Source: Vicugna vicugna
Lineage: Eukaryota
DNA length: 26,121 bases
Assembly: GCA_013265495.1 (NCBI GenBank)
Contig: MU058257.1
Span: 248,001-274,121 of the forward strand
Direction of reading: 5' to 3'
Shown here in pieces: positions 11,874-22,770 of the stretch. The position numbers and the translations under genes are program-made. The notes below the pieces were generated by a model, which was not told the origin of the DNA, ran no database searches, and saw only the letters and a program-made list of their open reading frames with translations. The stretch's first letter is position 1. Each line of letters opens with the position of its first letter.

Positions 11874-12027
11874 ACTGGGAAACTTAATTTTGTGTATGAA
11901 AATTAGATGAATAAAACTCCCCAGAAGATTACTTGGGAAAAAGTACGTTCTTTCGAAAGGTGGTCGGAAACAAAGACTGATCCCATTTTCTCTCTCTTTC
12001 CTCCCTCACCTGTGTTCCTGTTATTAG

Positions 12028-12127
12028 CCTGAAAAATGGAATAAAATCAAGCTAGTGGTCACCCAGGAGGACGTGGAGCTGGCGTACCAGGAGGCGATGA
12101 TGAACATGGCCAGGCTCAACAGGACAG
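12028..12127 (+). CDS. SEPHS1: SEPHS1 coding exon 7, 100 nt, [33 protein letters not shown](A)
   Basis: Acceptor ttcctgttattag|CCT after a long pyrimidine tract; donor CAG|gtgtgg; frame consistent with neighbours. Confidence 0.96.
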
Positions 12128-12940
12128 GTGTGGGCCGGGGCTCGCCCCTCGCCGGGCCCGGCAAGCTGTCTGAACGGGGCCGGGACGGGAGATGTTTCAG
12201 GCTTTGTGGGCAACATAACAGTCTCAGTTGCGTTGATTTTTTTTTCCCCCATGACTCTTTTAACATGTTTGGGGGAAAAAAATCTTAGCTGGAGAAACTG
12301 GGCCACATTTGGCCAGTGAACGCAGACCCCCTTCTCTTGGGACCTGGTTTGGGGTCCCTGGAGCACCGACGGGAATGGAAGTTCATGGTGTGTTCTGGAC
12401 GGGAGGGCGTGTGAAGTGTGACTTGGCTGCAGGAAGTGGAGGCTCGTGTGTGGCGTCTGAAGGTGTGCTAGGGCAGGTGGGGAGGTCGTGGGGGTCTGTG
12501 CCCCCACGTTCCCTCCTAGACCCATGCGTCTGGGGCTCTCCAGGCACTGTGGCCATGCCAGCGTCTTGGCCCCCTCTGGCTTAGCCCTGCTCACAGTTAG
12601 AACAGAGCCAGGCACAGAGGAGGAGCGGAGAAATATGGGTGAATTGATGAACTCAGTCTCTGAATCTATGAAATGGAGAGGTGAGGTCATGCTTTCTCTC
12701 TTCCTTTCTGCATTTCTGTGATTGTGGGCAGTAGTGAATTCCTCTGCACCCCAATAAAAACAGAAGAGAAATTTATATAGCACGATTTCAGAAGTATTTC
12801 ACTTATTTATTAATTTAAAGTGTTAACCCTTATCATAATTTTAATTCCCAGATCTGTATATAAATGAGTAATGACATTCATGTCAATATTTTTCTTTACA
12901 TTTTATTTCTAGTCCTAGCTTCTTAATACTGATTAGAAAG

Positions 12941-13127
12941 TAATAATAATAGTGGTTACCATTTACCTGGTAGTTGTTATGTACCAGGAACTTGACATAT
13001 TTTCTCATTTAATTCTTCTGACAAGTGTATTAAGATTCTCCTGTTAGCCTCATTTTACAGAGAGGTTAAGTAACTTGCTCCAGGTCACACAGCTAATCGG
13101 TGAGGACTAGGATTGAAACCAGATATG
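12941..13127 (-). mobile_element. MIR SINE
   Basis: ctcattttacag...agaggttaagtaacttgctccaggtcacacagcta...ggattgaaacc matches the antisense MIR core. Confidence 0.88.
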
Positions 13128-13549
13128 CTTTTAATGCTTTGAAGCTACTGCTTATAATGCTTTTAAGTGTTACATTCTGTTCCTTTTCTTAATGATCTAG
13201 TAAGAAATCGAGGCCATTTCACAGTCTCTGTGCATAGTAAATTGAACAAATACTTCTGTACTATGCTAAGAATTTTTAAAGCAGTTTAAAATAAAACAGG
13301 AAAATTAAGGAAAGGGCCAGAATTCATCTTATGGAAAGCAGCAACCCTTGCCTAAGGAATCACCTGGTAGACTGTACGCATCTCATATTTGATTTTTATT
13401 AGCTTTCATGTGTGTGTAAAAAGCAACAGATATATTTTCTACTTAAGGAGGAAGCTCTTCTCATCCTAACTGATGAGCCAGAGGAACCGTTTCCAGAAAG
13501 GCATCTGTGTGGGTTCCTCTGTACAAAGGATTTGGAGGCAAACCAGCAT

Positions 13550-13668
13550 TTAGAATGTGAGCTCAGGAGGGCAGGGATCTGGGTCTGTTTTGTTCACTGT
13601 GGTGTCCTCAGCACTTCGGAGTGAGGGACACACCCCAGGTGTCATTAACTATGGATGGAATGAGTGGA
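13550..13668 (+). mobile_element. L2 LINE 3' end
   Basis: tagaatgtgagctcaggagggcagggatctgggtctgttttgttcactg ending in a gaatgagtg tail. Confidence 0.85.
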
Positions 13669-14269
13669 CCTTTACACCACGTGCTGGCCCCTCTTTCTCA
13701 TACTTCATGGACATCTTTTTCACAGTCCTGTGGATTAGATCCTGTTTTCCCCCTTTGGCCAAAAAGAAATAAAAGAAAATACATGCAGATCTGTTCTCAA
13801 ACCCAAATCTGTCCAACTGCAGTGGCTACTCTTTCTCCAGCATGTTCCTGTGATGGAAATTTGTACAGTTTTATGCTGGAAATACCAATTTTTTCCTCTT
13901 CATTACTTGCATGTTGTATTTAAGGCCTTGGGTTGTGTTGGCATCCTATTTGGAAACTTTAAACATGCTTGAAGATGAAATTTAAAAATCTTGTCCCCCC
14001 CACAAAAAAATCCATTTCCATTTAGTTACTTGGGGTTCCCTGAGTCAGCAGTCAGAACTGTCAACTCGTTCATTCTTCAGCTTCCCTCAAATGACTTTGA
14101 ACCCAGTTTATGTAATACTTAAGCCATGAAGTCTTCAATTATTTAAAAAAAGAAGAAAAAATCTGACTGTTCAATAGGTTATCTTAAAAGTTACTTAGAA
14201 ATGTGAAAAGATAATTTTTCCCCCAGCATCTGCCTTTCCCACTTTACTAAAAATTTTTGTTAGATACTA

Positions 14270-15710
14270 TTCCTTGAAGCACTGCTTTTAATTGCAAAAG
14301 AAGGCAACAGTCCAGATGTCCATCAACAGGTGACTGGATTTTCTCATCTACATGCACGTGGAATACTACACAACCAGGAAATGAGCAAGGGGTCTTTATT
14401 ACTAAGGAGCTATCTCCAGGATACCACCAAATGAAAAAAAGTGAAGGATAGAAGCGTGTATGTATGTAGTATGCTACATTTGTGTCTTTGTAAATGCATA
14501 TGAAGTAATAATATGTGTTTTATACTTTCAAAAAGAAATCATTAATAAAATTGTCACACAGAAGAGAGGGGGAGTAGGGAGGAAGCAGACCCTCTCTGAC
14601 CATGCTTTGTTTTATAAGTCTGACTTTGAGATAAATAAATGTCTTATATAGTTTTCTATACTTAAAAATTAAAAGCATATTTTATAAGTCCAAACCAAAT
14701 TTTTTTAAAGTTGCCTAACATTTATGTCTAAGTTAGTGGCAAAACCACCTGGGGAAGAATTATTTCAGATCAGTCTGAGCCTGGTATTTTCATTGTACAT
14801 CCTCAGGGCAAAAATCCACACAAATATTTCATTGTCATCGGTGGGTTTGTGTTTGTGAGAATGTTGATATGTTAAGATAAGACGAATAAGTTAATGTCAT
14901 CAGGAACAAAGATTTTTAAGAATAAGCTAGAGGAAATAAGATCAAAGAAGCTAAGTAAAAACTAATCTTCAAATTGGAATTAGCAGTATGGACTTGGGGT
15001 TTTTTTTTTTTTCTTTTAATCTAAAAAATGAGTATTTCCTGGCCTATTGGAAAGGCCTAGAAGCAGTGATAACCAGCAGTCGTGAATTCCTAGTGCCCAG
15101 ATTCTGATCTGGAAGTTAATGTTTTCGACTAAAATGCACCAGGACTCCCTGGGGAAGAGGCAGGTTCCAGCTCTGGGACGGGAAGTGCAGAAGACAAGCC
15201 CAGACTTCCTGTGCCTGACGGTGGTGGCGCTGGCAGCCACTGGTGGGGTCGTGTCACTGCCACACTGGAAGGGGCTCCCACCTGTCATGGGGCAGGAGGG
15301 GGGTTGGGAGGGTGCAGTTTGAGTGCCAAAGAGAAGAGTGACTGTGGTCAGCTGGAGCGTGTCAAGGATCCCCCAAAAATGATAATTAAAACTTTCTAGT
15401 CCCCTTTGGAAGTTGCTAGGACACGAACCTGTTCAGAAAATAAAAGGAATCAACCCCTTACTTTTATTTTTCTTGTGGACTGTATTTCAGAAGAATTGTA
15501 TTTTTTTCTTAAAAAGTCTTTATAGAAGTCACATCTGATAAATGCAGGAAGAATGACTGAACTACAGATTTGCCATTTTTGCTGCCCCCTTGATTTATAA
15601 ATCTGAACCACCGACATCAATGGCCAATCAGACCGTTTGGGGAGAGGTTCTTGTTGAGATGACACACGCCCCCACCCGTGAAATGTTCTTGCCAGAAAAA
15701 AAAATGAACA
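14270..15710 (+). mobile_element. Old L1 (L1MC4/L1MC5-like) end of ORF2 and long 3' UTR
   Basis: atgtccatcaacagg...ggaatactac, tatttcct...gaaaggcctagaagcagtga, gaaggggctccca, and ttcttgccagaaaaaa follow the recalled L1MC order. Confidence 0.75.
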
Positions 15711-15721
15711 AAAGAGACCAA

Positions 15722-16072
15722 ATAACTGTATGATTCCAACTCTGTGACATTCTGGAAAAGGTAAAACTGTGAAGACAGTAAAAAGATCAGGGGTTGGGCG
15801 GATGGGTGAAAAGGTGGAACTTTCAGGGAAGTGAAGATACTCTGACCTTGGGTGCGTGTGCTTGTGGGTTTACCGACCCCCTAGGTGGTCTGACATCCAG
15901 TGGACTCGGTGTAAACTGTGACCTTGAGTTAATAACGCTGTCTCAGTGCAGCCTCCTCTCAGCACCGCTGATGCTCCAGGTTGATGCTGGAGAAACGGGA
16001 AGCAGAGGGAGCTCAGTATTCTGCACAACCTAAAACTACTTCCCCAAGTAAAGTGTGTTAATTTTTTAAATT
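15722..16072 (+). mobile_element. Old L1 (L1MC1/2-like) 3' end
   Basis: actgtatgattccaactctgtgacattctggaaaaggtaaaactgtgaagacagtaaaaagatcag...aacctaaaactact. Confidence 0.8.
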
Positions 16073-16487
16073 AAAGAATAAAAGAGATTAACCTTTCAGG
16101 CATCATGGGAGTGCCTTGAATGCAGGTCAGACAGTCTTTAAAAGTCTTGTGCTTTGGTTTTAGGAGAATTTAGACAGGTTTCCTGTGACTGAGATAGTAA
16201 TTCCTCTTTTCAGATACTTGCGTTTACTGGGAATTTACTGCTGATTGAAGCTGCTGGTAGTTCTGAGTGGTTCAAACTGGACTAAGAAACCAACTTTGAA
16301 TTTCACTCTGGGTTTTTTTGGGTTTTTTAAATTACACTTTGACTTTCATCATCCCTGCCTGCCGTCTCCCTGACCAGTTAGGAGTTTTGAGATCAAAGTG
16401 TGAGTAAATTTTGAGTGGAGGAGGGGTGTCTTCCCAGAGTCTCAGTCTGTTACACGAACCGTAAGCGCCTCCTCTGTCGTCTTGCAG

Positions 16488-16700
16488 CGGCCGGACTCAT
16501 GCACACGTTCAACGCCCACGCGGCCACCGACATCACGGGCTTCGGGATCCTGGGCCACGCACAGAACCTGGCCAAGCAGCAGAGGAACGAGGTGTCCTTT
16601 GTGATTCACAACCTTCCTGTCCTGGCCAAGATGGCAGCCGTGAGCAAGGCCTGCGGGAACATGTTTGGCCTCATGCACGGGACCTGCCCAGAGACGTCAG
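16488..16700 (+). CDS. SEPHS1: SEPHS1 coding exon 8, 213 nt, (A)[70 protein letters not shown](G)
   Basis: Acceptor gtcttgcag|CG and donor CAG|gtacca; phase 1-1. Contains the [11 protein letters not shown] motif. Confidence 0.97.
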
Positions 16701-18146
16701 GTACCAGGGCTGGGCTGCCCAGGGGCCGGCGGTGTGTCCCCAAGGAGGAGGAGCCGGGCCCACGAGCGGGACCCCACGGTGTGAGGCCTGGGCTGCGAGT
16801 GTCCTCAGCTCCTCCTGGTGCCTCCTGTGTGACGAGCAGCATCATTTTAAGTCCAGTGTGTTGGTGATGGATTGGGCAGGGGCGGGGAGAAACAGGAAAA
16901 ATAGGTCCTTGGAAACTCAGCGTTTGAAGTAACTCTAGTTCCGTAGGCGACACTGAAGAGGCTGTATTTTTTCTGTGGGGGAAAATGTCCGAAATTGCTG
17001 TTTTAAGAACGAAATAGTATATTATATCTCCAAAGTGCATTTTTGTCCCATTTTTTTCCTTTCCCTTTGTGTGGACTCTTGTGTGTCATTGTTTCAGTTC
17101 CCCCATCTCCCCCCCACCCCCAGTTTCTCTTATTTCTCTTTTCTTTCCTCTGTAACTCTGATTTCCCAACCCTGGCAAAAGAGTTGAATCATCTGGGAAT
17201 TTAAAGAAATACCCATGCCTGGACCAGACCCCTAAGAAACCTGACCAGTTCGGTCTGGGTGGGCCTTGTCCTGAGACATCCTGACCCGCAGAGGCGAAGC
17301 CCAGGCCCCACTACCCACGCACCAGCCCCGGGACAGTAGGACTGGGTCCCAGGTGGGCCTCGCACAGCCTGCAGGGGGGACCCTGCCTCTCCTGTCCTCT
17401 GAAACAAGTTCCAGGAGCACAGCGCTCCTGCCGCAGCGCCTGCCACCTGCGGGGCGTGGGGCCAGAGCTGAATGAGCCGATGAGCACCCCAGAGTGCACG
17501 TAGTGGCCCTTACGCAAAAGTGAGCAGCTCTCTCCTGTCTGTAGAAGTGCAGCGTAGTGTTTTTTCCTCATTGTGTTATTTCTACTTAAAACATATAAAA
17601 TACTCTGTCCTGGCTACTGAAGTAGCAATAAAGGTTTATTTTCACATTTTTTTTTTCTGTTTTGAAGATAATGACAAGCCAGTGACAGAACCCAGATACT
17701 GCGAGGCTCTTTGAGGATCTTTATTTTTAAATTAAGAAAAAAAACAGGAAAACCTGTTTTTGAAGAAAGGAGGACTCCATGGAGAGAATCAAATCAAAAA
17801 GAAGTTCTCTTCTGTTTTTAAATGATGCTTTCAGTGTAGCGTGGGAAAGCTAGCGGCCGTGTGCGTTCCTGAGCCCGCAAACACGCCCCTCCTGCGTGGC
17901 CTCAGATCCACAAATGGGGCACTTCCACGGTTTACAGTTGGTGGTTGTGTTTTGTAACATCGTAGGAGTTGCCCGAGGAATCGCTTAGTGGCTCCGCAGT
18001 GTCAGCTGGGGGCGAGGTGAAGGCGGCACGGCCAGCTCGGCTGCTTGTTGGATGTGTGTCGGTACAGAGGTGTCCTAGGGACAGAGTGGCAGGGAAGCCG
18101 CTCACACAGCGTCACAGCTAACGAGCACCTTTTTTCCCTTTGCCAG

Positions 18147-18361
18147 GAGGCCTTCTAATCTGTTTACCACGTGAGCAGGCAGCTCGGTTCTGCGCAGAGA
18201 TAAAGTCCCCCAAGTACGGTGAAGGTCACCAAGCATGGATTATTGGGATCGTGGAGAAGGGGAACCGCACGGCCAGGATCATAGACAAACCCCGGATCAT
18301 CGAAGTTGCGCCGCAGGTGGCCACCCAGAATGTGAACCCCACACCCGGTGCCACCTCTTAA
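18147..18361 (+). CDS. SEPHS1: SEPHS1 last coding exon 9, (G)[70 protein letters not shown]
   Basis: Acceptor tttttccctttgccag|GA; TAA at 18359-18361. The C-terminus matches SEPHS1 as I recall it. The multi-exon structure argues against the intronless placental SEPHS2 and against processed pseudogenes. Confidence 0.97.
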
Positions 18362-18509
18362 TCTAGGCCGAGGCAGCTGTGTGGTTTTGTTTTTAAATAG
18401 CTCTATTTCCTTTATCATCATTTCAATTAAAGACTGTAAACAACAACGAAAAATTTCATTGTGTCTACACATCTGGTGACCTTAGGTCGATTTGTGAGTG
18501 GATGCAATT

Positions 18510-18520
18510 AATAAAATAAA
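18510..18520 (+). terminator. Proximal polyadenylation signal candidate (two overlapping AATAAA)
   Basis: AATAAAATAAA followed about 10 nt later by a T-rich tract. Confidence 0.45.
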
Positions 18521-19180
18521 ATCCATTGCCTTTTTTTCCTGTTACATTAACTGAAGATGCACCTAATCTTGAGGCAGCTTCTGAGTTGAGAATTATATTG
18601 TTATCCAATACTGTTGATTCATTTTGAATCTTTAGACACTTATCTCTTTGCCGAGTAGGCTCTTTTTAAAGGTGCTTTCACGTAGCACAGACATTACCCG
18701 TTGTGGTGTCTAATGGCAGTTTGCGTCTTTTCATTTCATGTATATTTATCAGTATCAGTCTGATCCTTTTTTGGAAGTGTCTGGAATGATATTCTGGAAA
18801 GGCAGGATTGGTGAGTGACACAATGGTTTCCCAGTAGCGAGAGGGTTGCATGATTCTTCTAATTCAAGAGCATCTCTTTGACCCAGGCCATCTCCCAAGA
18901 GTGCATTCAGTTAAACAAGGCAAGTGCTTAACTCTGCATGGAAAGCACTTTGAGGACAAAAAAGAAATATTATTTCTTTTTTTGTAGCCTTCCTAATACT
19001 TACAGTGATACCATTAACTGTTTTCTTTATTGATAGCAAAAAAAGGACACTTTTTGCAACGTAATTAGGTATTCAATAGTGCAGCAAGGAATTGTCCCCC
19101 GAAAGGGGGTTCATGTATAATACTCATTTACAAGTCAACCTATAATTAACTGCACAGATCATTTTTTAAATATAATCAGT

Positions 19181-19186
19181 AATAAA
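19181..19186 (+). terminator. Polyadenylation signal candidate AATAAA
   Basis: Upstream TGTA element near 19114; downstream GT/T-rich sequence (gtggatggtagtgttt). Confidence 0.5.
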
Positions 19187-19394
19187 GACTGTTCCGTGGA
19201 TGGTAGTGTTTAATACATTTTATATTTTGTATAGTGATTTCAGGCCTTTTGTTTTCTTAAAATCAGCAGCTCTTTAGCCTAATTCTTAGCATTATTTTGT
19301 CCTTTGCGCCGTAGTTTTCCGTACACGCTTTCTGTGATCTTGTGTGGAAACCCGCATCGCCAACCATGCAGCTCAAACCAAGACTTGTTATTCA

Positions 19395-19400
19395 AATAAA
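19395..19400 (+). terminator. Polyadenylation signal candidate AATAAA
   Basis: AATAAA followed by a T-rich tract. Confidence 0.45.
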
Positions 19401-20025
19401 TATTTAATTTTTTTTATTGCTCTTGTATAATCAGATGCCCCTGAATTTAGTATTATTTTAGAAGCATCGGGAGGGTTTTGGCTAAAATACGGTTTATTGG
19501 GGGAAAACTAGATTTTAGTTTTATAAAACTTTCAAGTCTTTCACGGGACCTATATTTTCTTGAATTGAATTTTATAGTCCTAGGACAAATAGGCGATCTA
19601 AAAAGGTGTTCATCTGTGTTACTTAAAAGCAGAGGCTTCCTTATATTCTCACCTACTAAACGATTAGGAAGAGTCCTGTCTTCAAGCACAAGTGCACTGA
19701 CTTCCCGAGTGTCTGCGCTCAGCGTCGCGGCCCGCTTCTGAACCCTCCCTGCATGCAGGCGCCAGACCCGAGAGAACGGCTCAACTTATTGCCAAAGGAA
19801 ACCACCGCTCGGGAGGCCCTGGAAGAGGCTCTGCCTTGGACGTGTCCTCCAGGAGCCAAAGTGCAGCCTCCTCGCACGTGTCCCTGGAGCCCAGGCCACA
19901 CTCTCGTTCGGCGTGCGGGACTTGAGGGGCTGCCGCAGAACTGAAATTAATTGAAATTAATTGGACATGTTATAGGGATTGATGCCCATGTTGGTCCTCA
20001 AAAGCTGCAATCCGGTGGTCTGCAA

Positions 20026-20031
20026 AATAAA
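20026..20031 (+). terminator. Distal polyadenylation signal candidate AATAAA
   Basis: Canonical hexamer at the end of the repeat-free UTR block, with downstream tgttg and a T run. Confidence 0.6.
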
Positions 20032-20301
20032 ATGTGTTGGAAACCTCTGAGTAAGACGAACATACTGTTGAGCTTTTTTTTTTTCTTTAAATACCAGAGT
20101 GACGGCCAAATCTGAACTACTTTCGACATTGCTCATGTCTTGAACGCTGATGGTTTCCTTGGTGGCAGGTCTACCGAGAGGAAGTGAGCTAATCGGATGG
20201 TGAACTTGAAACCATCATTGTGAAGATTCATGTTTATAAAGAGAAAATGCTGGGGCTTTAGAGGTCCATGTAATCGGGGAGGAGGAACTGGGCTTGAAAG
20301 G

Positions 20302-20485
20302 GGTGTTTCTCAGAGAGCAGTCCAGCTCACACCTGTGTTAGAGCCACCGGGGGATGCTTGTCCAAGTCAAATTCTTAGGCCCCACCCCAGGCCAACAGAA
20401 TCAGAAGTTTTGGGGTGTGGGACTAGGGAGTCTGTCTTAAATGAGCATCCTAGCTGGGGAGTCAGGCTGAAGTTAGGAACGCACG
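20302..20485 (+). mobile_element. MER5A-like hAT-Charlie element
   Basis: caaattcttaggccccaccccaggccaacagaatcagaagttttggggtgtggg matches the MER5A core. Confidence 0.8.
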
Positions 20486-22302
20486 TCTACAGGAATGTTG
20501 CAGGGACCGCCAAGGGAAGAGAGAACTTTGCTTTTACAATATGCCTTTTGAGGGATTTTTACATCTTGACTGTTCTGTTTATTGGCATCTCTGGGCCGAG
20601 CAAAACAAAAAACCTCCAAGCATCTTGAACCTTCCTTGAAGAATCAAGTGATGGTCACTGAGTATTTAAGTTCTTGGCAAAAATCTATGTAGAATATTTT
20701 TAAATTCGGTGAACAGGTAATAAATTGGCAACTTACTTCTTGGTAGCACTTTAAAATCACACTGAGGTGTGTCTATCTTGGCATAGCGATTGATTGTCTT
20801 TAAACCCTCTAATGTTGCATCCAAAAATACAGGTTGTCAGAATGCAGCATTGGTGAATCCAGCCTCAAAAGAGCCTGGGCCCTGGGGAGGTCAGGAGTGC
20901 CTTGTGGGAACAGGAGTTCCTTGCCAAGGAATAGTAAAGCTTGGCCTGTTACTTGCACAGGCTGTGCTGAAAAATTTATTGTGGTTCAATCCAGGAGAGG
21001 AAACTGAAACACTGTGTAAGCAATATGTACTTTTTCTTTTGGGCTCAGTATTTTTAAATAACTTAGTATATTGTAGTCGCTAAGTTCTGCATGCCTTATG
21101 ACGAATAAATACAAGTGTTTTAAATTGTTCTGGTTGTGCGTGTATGAGCCAGCAGTTTCCAGTCTGAATTTGGCATTGCCCTTGAAAGAGTGACATTTGA
21201 ATTCTCAGTTTTACAGTGTTATTCTGTAAAGAGAGACCAGAATAGCTATACTACACTATTGGTTATTTTTAGACAGAATAAAGCGAGCACAGATATTGAC
21301 GCCTCAGATCCTCAGCTGCTGTGTACGTGCGTCTGTGTGCGTGCGTTATCTGTCTCCCTGAGCTCATTTCCACACCTGCTCTCCCTTTCCCTCTGGATTA
21401 GGTACTGACTGCATAGACAATACACTGTAAACGGTAATTTGTCCCTTTTCTCATTAAAAATCCATAATGAACCATGCAATTATGAAACATGCCAGAGTCC
21501 ACCAGGAAAACCAGCAAAGCCCTATTCTTAAAAGTGGGGTATGGGCATCTCATTTGGCCTCTGGTTAAGTCTCCGTGTCTTGAAAGAATGGAAGTGGGTG
21601 GGTTGTCAGTCCTTCAGCCGGTGAGACAGTCAGTCAGGGGGCCACACAGGTGTCTGTCCAGACACGTTCAAGGATTGCTGGAATCCGAGCTTGCCCTCGA
21701 TGCCAGTTGCTTTGGGGTAGGAGCAGACACTGGGTAAGTAGGATTCCTGTGTTTCACAGTTCTTAAATATTTGATGTCCAGCGAGGAATGTACAGCTGAG
21801 GTTTTCAGTGGTTTTTGATGGTTCTTCTAGACCTGTTGCCTTTAGAGAGACTTTGCCCGGGAGGACTGTGTACAAGAAGCCCATCAAAGCTTCATGGAAA
21901 GAAATAGAAAATCCACTATGCTGGGGCTCTGGCTGCCGAGAAGCCAGTGTACTGTCTCCTCCCTGTATTTCAAGAACTTAAGCATATGCACATAGACGTC
22001 TGTGGAGACCCATGAAACGTTATGTTGATAATTATTTATTATCAGGTCATATTTTGCCTGGTTCTTAAAGCAGAGTTGTATAAAATGGGTGTCTAGAACA
22101 TAGCCCTGTTTTGGTCCATTTAAAAAATGAAAACAACTATAGTAGCTGAACATTCCTGTTTTTTTTTTTAAATAAAAAGCTAGATTTTATTTCTAGCACA
22201 TAAATAAATAAGACAAAGGAATCGAAGACATAGGCCTATAAAAAATTTCTCAAGCATTAGAATAAGACAGTTAACCTGGACAGTTTAAAAAATTATAAAA
22301 AA

Positions 22303-22430
22303 GGGGTGGGTATAGCTCAGCGGTAGGGTGCGTGCTTAGCATGCACAAGGTCCTGGGTTCCATCCTCGGTACCTCCATCCAAAGATAAATAAATAAACCT
22401 AATTACCTCCCCCTTCCCAAAACAAAACAA
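22303..22430 (+). mobile_element. Camelid tRNA-derived SINE (Vic-1-like)
   Basis: Head ggggtgggtatagctcagcggtag (A box) and gggttccatcc (B box), then ataaataaacctaattacctccc and a (caaaa) tail. A degenerate TSD flanks it: aaaaattataaaa / aaaagttatgaaa. Confidence 0.88.
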
Positions 22431-22544
22431 AAAGTTATGAAAGTAAGTCGACATTGTCCACCTTATGCTAGTGAACTCGGTCTAGTAAGTCTACCTACCT
22501 TAGGAAGTTTGGGGTGGATAAAATCCAAGTGGCATTTCTTTCTT

Positions 22545-22770
22545 TTCCCCAACTTATTATTTTGAAAAGAATTGAACATGGAAAATTTGAAGCAATAGTA
22601 GAAAGGACACTCCCGGAAATACTAAGCTGTTTCTTGTCCACCGCACTTACTTTCTCTCCATATAAAACATAAGCAGACACACGTTCCTGCAGAGACACAC
22701 TCACATTTGTTGGTTTGGCCTTGGCAGAGCCACTTATAAGTCACCTGCAGACATGGTGACACTAAAGCCG
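22545..22770 (-). mobile_element. Old L1 (L1MC/ME-like) 3' end fragment
   Basis: ttattttgaaaagaattgaacatggaaaatttgaagcaatagta...ctgcagacatggtgacact resembles the antisense L1MC4-type terminus. Confidence 0.55.

Larger units (their letters stand above)
18362..20050 (+). other. SEPHS1: SEPHS1 3' UTR (end approximate)
   Basis: AT/U-rich sequence free of recognisable repeats from the stop codon to AATAAA at 20026-20031, followed by a T-rich tract near 20073. The first recognisable repeat (MER5A) comes after this. Confidence 0.7.

Noticed and set aside
12052..12783. 243-aa antisense ORF overlapping exon 7 (also 5986-6522, 4405-4917 and 16606-17040)
   Set aside because: No recognisable domain. 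These frames cross GC-rich intron/exon sequence where stops are scarce, and several begin at non-ATG codons.
15289..15312. G-quadruplex-like G-run clusters (also ~11157-11188 and 24156-24179)
   Set aside because: Such clusters are common in mammalian introns and L1 3' UTRs; nothing here suggests a specific function.
18144..18149. NAGNAG acceptor CAGGAG at exon 9
   Set aside because: A distal GAG is rarely used, and using it would delete a Gly from the conserved ETSGGLL motif.
18359..18366. Stop context TAATCTAG resembling the readthrough motif TGA-CTAG
   Set aside because: The stop is TAA and CTAG is offset by one base, so the motif is not met.
18850..18885. SECIS-like ATGA...AA...TGA in the 3' UTR
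   Set aside because: The spacing from AA to GA is too short and helix II does not pair. No in-frame TGA is visible in these exons, and vertebrate SEPHS1 is not a selenoprotein.
22303..22375. tRNA-like sequence with A and B boxes
   Set aside because: It is the head of a SINE, with a shared 3' body, A-rich tail and a second copy at 11766-11873; it is not a tRNA gene.
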